From Chitinophagaceae bacterium (GTDB lineage Bacteria > Bacteroidota > Bacteroidia > Chitinophagales > Chitinophagaceae): DNA of 37,132 nucleotides. The notes under the pieces are model-generated. The model was not told the DNA's origin. It saw only the letters and a program-made list of their open reading frames with translations, and did not search any database. Of the stretch, positions 1-7,402 are shown one piece after another. Location: contig CANGOT010000001.1 in NCBI GenBank assembly GCA_947455425.1, positions 1 through 37,132 of the forward strand, written 5' to 3'. Each line of letters starts with the position of its first letter. The first letter of the stretch is position 1. Both the position numbers and the translations under genes were made by a program.

Positions 1-1206
1 GATAAACCAATTAAAGGTCATACACTAATGCAAACCATAGCAAGAGCCAACAGGGTGTATGATGATGAGAAAGAAAATGGTTTAATTGTGGACTATGGTA
101 ATGTATATAAACAATTAGAAAAAGCATATTCAGTATATGGTGAAGGTGGTACAAAAGGTGGTGGTTCAACTGGAGAAAGTGCTGGTATAGAAAGACCTTT
201 TGAATTATTGGAAGATGATGTAAAAGGATTGGCTGAATCCATTGAAAATACAAAGAACTATCTAGCTGAACTTGGTTTTATTTTGGATGAATTAACATTG
301 CCAACACTGAAACCAATGGAGAAATTAGGTTGTATAAAAAAGGCGGTTGATTGTGTTTGTTTAAATGAAACTACAAGAACCAAATATGAAGTGATGGCTC
401 GTGAAGTCTTTAGAAAATATATGGCTTTGTATCCTCAAGATGTTATTAAACCACATATCAAAAATTTTAATGCAATTGAAGCAATCTATCAACAATTAAA
501 TCAACAAACAAAAGATGCTGATGTTACTGAAATTATCAAGAGGCTTCAACAGGTTGTTGATGATAATGTAATACTTCAAAATAAATCTCTTAACGATGTT
601 ACACAAGAAGTATATGTTGATTTATCAAGATTGGATTTTGACAAACTGAGAAAAGCATTTGCTTTAACGACTAAAAAGAAGACTGTTCTATTTGATTTAC
701 AAAGAGCGGTTGATAAAAAGATGAAACAAATGTTGAAAGACAACCCAATGAGGATGGAGTTTTACAACAGATACAAAGAGATTATTGAGGAATATAACAG
801 GGGGAAAGATTTAGAAGACACTATGAAATCTTTTGATAAACTTTTCAAATTTGTTCAAGACTTAAATGTAGAAGACACCAGAGCATTGAGAGAAAATTTA
901 GATGAGGAAGCTTTAGCCATATTTGATTTACTAAGAACAGGTAAAACACTTACAACAGAGGAACTAAAAGAAGTAAAAAAAATATCGGTTGACACACTAT
1001 CAAAATTAAAAGAGGAAAAGTTGAAGATTGAACGTTGGAGAGAGAGTAGACAAATAACTGCACAAGTAAACACAATGATATTCGACTCCTTTCAGTGGTT
1101 ACCTCAAAACGCTTACACAGACAACGATGTAAAAGAAAAAGCTACCATTGTTTACCAACATATATATACCAATTATGGTAATTTCAGGATGGGTGCAAGT
1201 GCTTAA
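1..1206 (+). CDS. hsdR: Type I restriction enzyme R subunit (HsdR), C-terminal portion; the 5' end lies outside the window
   Basis: The frame is open from nt 1 (DKPIKGHTLMQTIARANRV...). QTIARANR matches SF2 helicase motif VI as seen in HsdR. A long helical C-terminal region typical of HsdR follows. TAA stop at 1204-1206. Confidence 0.8.
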   Translation, partial: DKPIKGHTLMQTIARANRVYDDEKENGLIVDYGNVYKQLEKAYSVYGEGGTKGGGSTGESAGIERPFELLEDDVKGLAESIENTKNYLAELGFILDELTLPTLKPMEKLGCIKKAVDCVCLNETTRTKYEVMAREVFRKYMALYPQDVIKPHIKNFNAIEAIYQQLNQQTKDADVTEIIKRLQQVVDDNVILQNKSLNDVTQEVYVDLSRLDFDKLRKAFALTTKKKTVLFDLQRAVDKKMKQMLKDNPMRMEFYNRYKEIIEEYNRGKDLEDTMKSFDKLFKFVQDLNVEDTRALRENLDEEALAIFDLLRTGKTLTTEELKEVKKISVDTLSKLKEEKLKIERWRESRQITAQVNTMIFDSFQWLPQNAYTDNDVKEKATIVYQHIYTNYGNFRMGASA

Positions 1207-1468
1207 TTAAAAAAATAGTTTTGTCGTAACAACAGTATATATATAAATACATATTATTAACGTCTGTAATACAATTTCAAATTACACAAACTCAGGATAC
1301 AAACATCTCAATCATCAATTCTTTAACAAGTTAACTGCTATACTTGTATTACAATTTCACTGATAAGATATTATCCCTTTCGTCAAGTGAGACCCCAAAA
1401 TTTGTCGTAACGGAATTGTATGTTTTGTCTGTTAGTTTTTCAACAAGTATTTATTATAAAAGATACCT

Positions 1469-1759
1469 ATGGAAACTGAAGAAATACTAATAAAAACATT
1501 GATTGAAGACGAAGGATTAATCATTTACCCAAAATTCAACGAACCACTTTTAACATCTGAAAAGTTCCCTTTACAATATGAATACATTGATATTTTTATT
1601 GATTTGATTTTACGAGAAGCAGATTATAATTCAGATAAAATTGGTTTCATTTCTAGCGTTGAGGAGATGAAACATTTTCTATGTTTAACGCTGAGTAAAT
1701 ATGATGAGTATAATATAAAAAAAGTGATAGAAGCCGTTGAAGACAATGAAAATAATTAA
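1469..1759 (+). CDS. Small strongly acidic hypothetical protein (96 aa)
   Basis: Clean ATG-to-TAA ORF in AT-rich DNA. 22 Asp/Glu against 9 Lys/Arg. No recognisable domain. Confidence 0.45.
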   Translation: METEEILIKTLIEDEGLIIYPKFNEPLLTSEKFPLQYEYIDIFIDLILREADYNSDKIGFISSVEEMKHFLCLTLSKYDEYNIKKVIEAVEDNENN

Positions 1760-1828
1760 CCAGTAGAAAGTCAAATTGCTGCGAGTTTGCTTAAGTCTTC
1801 ATGTAACCAAGATCTTAAGACTGAATTA

Positions 1829-2078
1829 TTGGTTGGAGCAGTAATTAACAGGGATGTAGTAATCAGGACGAGGAAGAAAAATGATCCGATAGTTTGGTTG
1901 GAGCAGTAATCTGAAAACCCTGAAACCCAAACTGGATCTAAACTGTAGATCTTCTCTCAGTATGTGTATGTTGGTTGGAGCGTTTCCTTCTACCCGGAGA
2001 AAAATGTACTAGGAGTATAATTCCGATCTCACGGGTAATGACATTTTGGTTGCAGCATATAAAGGTGGCTCCAACCAA
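1829..2078. repeat. Five copies (4 direct, 1 inverted) of the 11-nt motif TTGGTTGGAGC in non-coding DNA
   Basis: Direct copies at 1829-1839 and 1894-1904, both extended to the 17-nt TTGGTTGGAGCAGTAAT. Further direct copies at 1971-1981 and 2046-2056 (TTGGTTGcAGC). Inverted copy GCTCCAACCAA at 2068-2078. Copies 4 and 5 form an 11-11-11 inverted-repeat site. Copies 3 and 5 could form an 11-13 bp stem around 86 nt. Confidence 0.85.
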
Positions 2079-2174
2079 TAACCCTGATCTAAAGATTAAA
2101 AAAAATATGGAGAAGAATGAATTGGAGTTCACCACTCACAACAAAACTTCGTTTTAATTTCCGAGAACTACCTC

Positions 2175-2203
2175 AACTTACACTTTGTAACAAAGTATAA
2201 GTT
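2175..2203. repeat. 29-bp near-perfect palindrome AACTTAcACTTTGT-a-ACAAAGTaTAAGTT
   Basis: 13 of 14 arm positions are complementary around the centre at 2189. It lies 130 bp upstream of the recombinase ATG. An 8-bp-stem hairpin follows at 2211-2233. Confidence 0.8.
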
Positions 2204-2332
2204 AAATACAAAACCCTTACTGGTAAAGGGTTTCAGAATATTGATGTTTTTTACCCTTCAGTTAACTTAGACTTAGCATTAAATATTAGGCAAGTATTAG
2301 TTGCAGCCGTACGTTAGCACAAATAAATTTAT

Positions 2333-2923
2333 ATGAGTTTAAAAGGTCAACGTACAACAACTACTTCAATGGACTGGGATGATTTCAAAAGTCTAATCTC
2401 CAAACTTGAAAGAGATAAAGAATTTAAGTTCTGTTTACTAGTCAGTATTGGGGTATTCACTGGTCTTAGAATTAGTGATTTACTGAAATTGAATTTTAGT
2501 CAGTTTGAGGAAACAGAGATATTAAATATTCAAGAACAGAAAACAAAGAAGGTGAGGAAAATCAAAATCAATCCTGATTTAAAAGTGATTGTTGATAGGT
2601 TAAGGTCTAAAATGGGTGTTGTGGATTTAAGTACATTAATATTCGTAAATAAGTATGGTACGAAACCTATTGACAAATCTTATGTGAATGTAAAGTTGAA
2701 AGAATTGCTTAAACAATACAATGTTCAAGTTGATGGTAATGCCAGTAGTCATTTATTTAGAAAGACACTGGGTAATCGTGTATTGCGTTTAAACAACTAT
2801 TCAAATGAGGCTGTTATATTATTAATGGATTTATTTTCACATAGTAGTCCAGCAGTTACAAAGAGGTATCTTGGAATAAGGGAGAAAGAAATATATGATG
2901 TCTATGATAGTGTTAGGTTATAA
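2333..2923 (+). CDS. Short tyrosine site-specific recombinase (catalytic domain only, 196 aa; similar in size to FimB/FimE)
   Basis: Catalytic signature readable in order: GLRISDL (Arg), HLFRKT (His-x-x-Arg), SHSSPAVTKRYL (His, then the nucleophile Tyr). There is no N-terminal core- or arm-binding domain. Confidence 0.8.
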   Translation: MSLKGQRTTTTSMDWDDFKSLISKLERDKEFKFCLLVSIGVFTGLRISDLLKLNFSQFEETEILNIQEQKTKKVRKIKINPDLKVIVDRLRSKMGVVDLSTLIFVNKYGTKPIDKSYVNVKLKELLKQYNVQVDGNASSHLFRKTLGNRVLRLNNYSNEAVILLMDLFSHSSPAVTKRYLGIREKEIYDVYDSVRL

Positions 2924-2967
2924 ACAAGAGGCTGCCTTAAAATTTTGTTTTAAGGCAGCCTCTTGTT
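2923..2967. terminator. Perfect 20-bp-stem hairpin, bidirectional terminator
   Basis: AACAAGAGGCTGCCTTAAAA-ttttg-TTTTAAGGCAGCCTCTTGTT immediately after the recombinase stop, with T-rich flanks. Confidence 0.8.
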
Positions 2968-2996
2968 TTATGGAGCTTTACAAGGAAAGGTGATTT

Positions 2997-3524
2997 TTAC
3001 TTATTACAATAGCAACTATGTGGTTTTATATTTAAAAACCTAAGTTTTTGCAGCTTAAAAGCTGCAATTTTTGATTTTATTGCTGCTTTTTTGCGTAGGT
3101 TTTGACTCAAGGATAATAACCCCACTTCTACAGTAACTTTTTTAATTCCTCGTAGTATAAATCTTTTAAAGTGATGGTTGTTTTTGATGTTGCCAAATAC
3201 AGGTTCTACATCCCAACATCGCTTTTTTCGATGGGCTATTACTTCATCTGATTGGAGATTTTCTTTGGCTTGTTGTTTAAGTTTATTGATGTTGTGATTG
3301 ATGCCGATGATTCTATTGCCTTTTGATTTATGGCAAGTACCATTTAATGGGCAAGTACTGCAATTTTGTGCTTGATAGTTGGTAATGGCTTGCTTAAAAC
3401 CAGTGCTGGTTGTTTGTAGATGTGTACCTGAATTTTCTTGGACAAATCTTATTATTTCGCAAAAACTAAGATTAATTATCTCATTGCTATTTTCTACCAT
3501 TTTGAACCAAATGATCATAGGCAT
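2997..3524 (-). pseudogene. IS1182-family (IS5-like DDE) transposase remnant, C-terminal ~175 aa only
   Basis: The Cys-rich segment (NCSTCPLNGTCHKSKGNRII) and the C-terminal motif EPVFGNIKNNHHFKRFILRGIKKVTVEVGLLSLSQNLRK are characteristic of IS1182-type transposases, which are roughly 450-500 aa. The upstream part is missing or out of frame. Confidence 0.65.
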
Positions 3525-3608
3525 AGCATCTTCAAATTCTTGGTATGTCCAATGGCGAACTTTTTATGTATAAATCCCCATAATTTTTTTAAAGAAACTT
3601 CATTCATA

Positions 3609-3920
3609 TTAATAATCTACTTTTTCTAATTCTGGTGGAATTGTTTCCCCATCTTGTTTAGGTTTACCAGACGTAGGTGCAGACTCTTTATACAATTTTA
3701 TATCATATCCAGCAACACGTAACCCAACATACATAAGTATAATAATAACTAATCCAATAAACAAATACTTGTAATTGATAAAGGTTTTTTTCATAATCTC
3801 GTTACTATCAGACTTTTGTTTTGAAATTTCATTTTTAGGTATTTCTATACTAACACCACAATTAGAACAAAACTTTGAGTTATCCTTTATTTCATTACCA
3901 CAAGAATTACAGTAATTCAT
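3609..3920 (-). CDS. Zinc-ribbon membrane protein (103 aa)
   Basis: N-terminal CxxC-x12-CxxC (MNYCNSCGNEIKDNSKFCSNCG), then one hydrophobic helix (YLFIGLVIIILMYVGL). Confidence 0.55.
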   Translation of the reverse strand: MNYCNSCGNEIKDNSKFCSNCGVSIEIPKNEISKQKSDSNEIMKKTFINYKYLFIGLVIIILMYVGLRVAGYDIKLYKESAPTSGKPKQDGETIPPELEKVDY

Positions 3921-3988
3921 ATTTATTAATTTAATTTACAATATTTTTTTATACCCATCAATGTATTCAAAAATGATTTTTGTTCCTT

Positions 3989-4186
3989 CTATTCTGAAAT
4001 CCATTTTAAGGTTTTTTTCATGGTTAATTCATTCATTGTTTTATAAACACCACAAAAATTATAGCTAATAGTCTGAGATTTCAATTCCTTAAGTGTAAGT
4101 CCTCGACTTAACCTAATAGATTTAAGTCTACCACCAAGTTTTTTTAATTGAATATGTTGATTCTTATTAAACCCCATCGGGTTCAA
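3989..4186 (-). CDS. Small XRE-like helix-turn-helix protein (65 aa)
   Basis: LGGRLKSIRLSRGLTLKEL resembles the first helices of XRE/Cro-type HTH domains. A perfect 18-bp palindrome lies 27 nt upstream of its ATG. Confidence 0.45.
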   Translation of the reverse strand: MNPMGFNKNQHIQLKKLGGRLKSIRLSRGLTLKELKSQTISYNFCGVYKTMNELTMKKTLKWISE

Positions 4187-4212
4187 TAGTATTTCTTACT
4201 AAAACAAATTCA

Positions 4213-4230
4213 ATCAACGTATACGTTGAT
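4213..4230. promoter_or_regulatory. Perfect 18-bp palindrome ATCAACGTATACGTTGAT, putative operator
   Basis: Lies in the divergent intergenic region between the HTH ORF (minus strand) and the membrane-protein ORF at 4396 (plus strand). Confidence 0.5.
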
Positions 4231-4395
4231 ATTAAAAAATTAATTATTCTTGCATTTGATTATTTACAGTTAGTAGATTGAAATCATCTTTTTATTAAAA
4301 TCATTAATTGATGTTTAGGTAATCAATAAATTTAAGTAAGGTGCAAAAAGATAACCAAACTGTCGGCACTTGGAAAAAAATAGGAGAAAAACAAT

Positions 4396-5028
4396 ATGTT
4401 AAACAATAATGTAAAAAGTAATACACAATCAATAATAGAGTGGAGTGTTTTGATCCCCTATTTTTTATCAAGTGTGTTATTTGGAATAAAAGATTTTTTT
4501 AATAGTTCTATTGAGGTTTGGATTAATAATCATTGTGGTATAACATTTATAAGCCTTAGTTTACTTACACTTAGTTCTGTAGTTCTCAATTCATTTACGC
4601 TTAATCATGAAATTAGAAAATTTGATTTAGTACTAATTGCAATTCAAATTTCAATAAGTTTTTTTGTCGGTCAATGGTTTCATCATGTAGATCAATCTAT
4701 TAGAGAAGTAAAAGTTGGATATGAACCCGATATAATAGGAATTGTTGCATATAGCTTCCTTACAGCACTCTTACCAACTATAATTATAATCCTTCGTGCA
4801 CCAAATATTAGAATTGAGAACTTGGAAAAGCAACAAAAACTCATGCAGGAACAATTAGATCAGTTAAAATCAAATTCGCAAAATATTAATGAATTTGAAT
4901 ATACAGAAGGCAGCCCAATAATTCCAGGGAATCGAGTATCTTTTATGGTATTTATGGCTGTTGTTGTGTTGTTTCTTTGGCTAATCGGATACAAGCTATT
5001 AGTGATCATGAAAGTATTATTTGGATAG
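4396..5028 (+). CDS. Hypothetical multi-pass membrane protein with a central coiled-coil segment (210 aa)
   Basis: Several hydrophobic helices, a charged ENLEKQQKLMQEQLDQLK stretch, and a C-terminal helix. No recognisable domain. Confidence 0.5.
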   Translation: MLNNNVKSNTQSIIEWSVLIPYFLSSVLFGIKDFFNSSIEVWINNHCGITFISLSLLTLSSVVLNSFTLNHEIRKFDLVLIAIQISISFFVGQWFHHVDQSIREVKVGYEPDIIGIVAYSFLTALLPTIIIILRAPNIRIENLEKQQKLMQEQLDQLKSNSQNINEFEYTEGSPIIPGNRVSFMVFMAVVVLFLWLIGYKLLVIMKVLFG

Positions 5029-5118
5029 TTTTTATGTTTATTGCAGGCGCACCAGTTGGCGCTTTAGTTGGCTGGTTTTTTACATCTAATGTTGAAGAAA
5101 TTAGAAAAAAGTAACTCT

Positions 5119-5150
5119 TTATAGTTGCATCTTTCGTCATTAAGGGGAGC
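5119..5150 (+). repeat. Copy A of a conserved 32-nt motif TTATAGTTGCAtCTTTCgTCATTAAGGGGAGC
   Basis: 30/32 identical to 11631-11662. Identity stops at the unrelated terminator hairpin that follows. Confidence 0.85.
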
Positions 5151-5160
5151 CATAATGGAC

Positions 5161-5186
5161 AAGAGGTCGTTTTCGACCTCTTTTTT
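5161..5186 (+). terminator. Intrinsic terminator hairpin plus T-tract
   Basis: AAGAGGTCG-tttt-CGACCTCTT followed by TTTTTT. Confidence 0.7.
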
Positions 5187-5431
5187 ATTTTCTGACTTTT
5201 CCAAAACCTTACTGGCATTGAATAGTACATTGATAGGTGTTGTAAAATGAGTAGTTGCAACTCTTCCTTTTTCTAACCTTCATTTTTAAATTACTTTTAC
5301 TATAATCAAGGTTACTTGAACACCTATATTATGTTTTAAGTCTATGAGAAAATGATTTAATATCGATTTAAAAATTAAATTCTAAAGAATTGCATACTTA
5401 GACTATTCTTTGTAAATACAAAAATTAGTAA

Positions 5432-5725
5432 TTAATATAAATCCTCTGAAAATAGCTCTTCATTCGTAAAACCAAAGATTCCGCCAGTTTGCTCAAATAT
5501 CCTTGCACCTTGTTTTCTGTCTACAAATCTTCCAATACTAGTCAAAAAACCGTGAACATATTCACCACATTCCAACAAATGCTTTTTATGTAAAACGGTC
5601 ATTTGGCTACTAATTTGGTTGTGTCTGTATCCACAGAGTACGATTCCTTTATTGATGTTTACAGGTCCGAGAGCAGCTGCTTCAAAATCTTTGAACCAGA
5701 TGGCTGCACAAAGTATTTTCTCCAT
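5432..5725 (-). CDS. Hypothetical 97-aa protein, last gene of the WYL-led cluster
   Basis: Clean ORF with no domain I can name. Notable motifs are CGYRH and a C-terminal LFSEDLY. Confidence 0.55.
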   Translation of the reverse strand: MEKILCAAIWFKDFEAAALGPVNINKGIVLCGYRHNQISSQMTVLHKKHLLECGEYVHGFLTSIGRFVDRKQGARIFEQTGGIFGFTNEELFSEDLY

Positions 5726-5784
5726 ATAATAATTTGTATTTTATTAAGGAATTACCACTTGAATAGAATGGTTTGACAAATACA

Positions 5785-6219
5785 TTAGTTAATAGATGTT
5801 TTTATATAAAAATTCTCTAGTTCTAATTTTAATATTTCTATTTCTCTTTTATATTTCTCCACTAGTTTATCTCTTTCTGTTAGTGTTATTTCCGAAACAT
5901 ATACCCTTATATCCTTATAGTCTATTTCATCTTTCCATATCCCTTCAGCACAGCTTAATTCTTTAAGTGTCCTTACAAGTCGTTTTAGTTTTTTCAACCT
6001 GAATTGAGAATCTAAAACATTCGTACTTGCTTTATAAATAGCTGTTTTCAATGCAACAATTTCATCGGTAAGTTGCAGGAATTTTTCCATACTTTCTTTC
6101 GAAGAATAGTGTCTTGTAGCGTGGTCTTCTGCAGTATTATACCTGAATATTTTCTCAGCTTCTTCTTCTAGGTTAATATCCAACTTCTTTTTTAGCTTTA
6201 AAGCCTCTTTAATCGTCAT
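5785..6219 (-). CDS. 144-aa coiled-coil protein, possibly DIP1984/septicolysin-like
   Basis: The N-terminal KEALKLKKKL, the heptad-rich charged sequence and the length resemble my recollection of DIP1984-family proteins. This is weak and made by eye only. Confidence 0.5.
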   Translation of the reverse strand: MTIKEALKLKKKLDINLEEEAEKIFRYNTAEDHATRHYSSKESMEKFLQLTDEIVALKTAIYKASTNVLDSQFRLKKLKRLVRTLKELSCAEGIWKDEIDYKDIRVYVSEITLTERDKLVEKYKREIEILKLELENFYIKTSIN

Positions 6220-6272
6220 TTCTTAAGTTAAAAACACTATTATATTGTATATTTAATATCACTATAAAGCCT

Positions 6273-7205
6273 TTAGCTAATCTTATTTAAGTCATTCAAC
6301 TTCGATAAATATAAATTTAAATCTTGTGTTCGACCATAACTTTTATCTTGCCTTATCTGCTCCATAGCTATAAATAAATTCTTCCAACTAAAATTACCGT
6401 GCTTCATAATATCTATATGTTTATGATAAGGGTTAGATTGACCTACAAGCAAATTCTCAAACATAAATTTCAGTCTTATGGAATCAGAATCATTCAAAAT
6501 GAAAAAATACGCTATTACTTGTGCTAACCCCTCTAATAATTCATTTGGATTTGGTGTTAACCACCAAAATCTATCATCCCATCTTAACTCTTTAGTATCC
6601 AACATCCAATGCGTTATCCAATGTCCCAATTCATGCCAGAAAACAATTTTATAAAGCATGTCCGAACAGTCATCTTCGCTAATTAATCCTACAAAAGAAT
6701 TGCTTGAGTATTTAGAAAAGAATTCCTTTGCATATTCTTCAATACAAATTTTATAAAGAATAATTTTCCCCTCAGCACTTACACCATCATTTTGGTAAAC
6801 TCCTAATAGGTCAAAAATATTATCATGGTTTTTATACCTGCATGGTTCATTAGAAATATCTATTTTACTCGGAATAATAAAGAAATTAGTTGGCGGATCA
6901 GTCTTATTGCCACCACTTAAATAATCAAAAGAATTAAATAACATGGTAATATCTTCATCAGTTATACCATTTTCTTTAAGAAAGCTTTTTATTTTTCTTT
7001 GCATTTCATCATCAACTTTTTTATATTCGAAACAGTGATGATAAATTTGACATATAATAATAAGGTCAATTTGTATAAATTCAATTAATTTTTTAGGTAT
7101 TCCGATTTCAGGGTCAATTTCATAATCATTTCCCCATCCTGTTAATTTAAATAATTTATCTACAGCCTTTTGTGCTTCTTCTTGTAATGTTGTAATTGTT
7201 GTCAT
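6273..7205 (-). CDS. 310-aa putative zinc metallopeptidase-like protein (HEXXH; ImmA/IrrE M78-like motif)
   Basis: FWHELGHWITHW contains HELGH. A NELLEGLAQVIAYFF segment lies about 27 aa downstream, like the E..AN.FA element of ImmA/IrrE peptidases. The N-terminal ~190 aa is unassigned. Confidence 0.6.
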   Translation of the reverse strand: MTTITTLQEEAQKAVDKLFKLTGWGNDYEIDPEIGIPKKLIEFIQIDLIIICQIYHHCFEYKKVDDEMQRKIKSFLKENGITDEDITMLFNSFDYLSGGNKTDPPTNFFIIPSKIDISNEPCRYKNHDNIFDLLGVYQNDGVSAEGKIILYKICIEEYAKEFFSKYSSNSFVGLISEDDCSDMLYKIVFWHELGHWITHWMLDTKELRWDDRFWWLTPNPNELLEGLAQVIAYFFILNDSDSIRLKFMFENLLVGQSNPYHKHIDIMKHGNFSWKNLFIAMEQIRQDKSYGRTQDLNLYLSKLNDLNKIS

Positions 7206-7402
7206 TGTCTATTGTTTTTATGTTTAAAATGAATTTATAAGAAATTAGTAAACTTTTCTGTATCAAATTTTCAAGAAGTATTACTTAAATTAACCAGTAC
7301 AAATGTTAACCAACCCATCATTTCAAACTCTTCTATTAATTTATCTAAATTATTGTTTAAGTAATGGAAGTCGAAGAATATTTGAGGCATATTGATTTTG
7401 AT

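Noticed and set aside
1829-1981. Possible mini-CRISPR array, since TTGGTTGGAGCAGTAAT repeats every 65-77 nt
   Set aside because: The repeat is only 11-17 nt and the third and fourth copies diverge. One copy is inverted and no cas genes are present. A recombinase site or a structured RNA is more plausible.
1938-2157. ORFs 1938-2135 (minus) and 1975-2157 (plus) from the track
   Set aside because: They overlap each other on opposite strands inside the repeat and hairpin region and have odd composition. I treated them as non-coding.
5034-5114. 26-aa ORF MFIAGAPVGALVGWFFTSNVEEIRKK directly after the membrane-protein gene
   Set aside because: It could be a real hydrophobic micro-peptide, but it is too short to support from sequence alone.
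5112-5196. Reading the 32-nt motif as coding (FIVASFVIKGS versus IIVATFIIKGS, with conservative substitutions)
   Set aside because: Neither copy has a start codon in that frame, since a TAA lies three codons upstream in both. The frame also runs through the terminator hairpins.
5006-5260. 84-aa minus-strand ORF
   Set aside because: It runs through the 32-nt motif and a terminator hairpin and overlaps the end of the 4396-5028 gene, so it is probably a shadow ORF.
7271-7390. 39-aa minus-strand ORF (MPQIFFDFHYLNNNLDKLIEEFEMMGWLTFVLVNLSNTS) in the 197-nt gap inside the WYL cluster
   Set aside because: It is too short and has no supporting signal. It may be a real sixth gene, but I cannot support that here.
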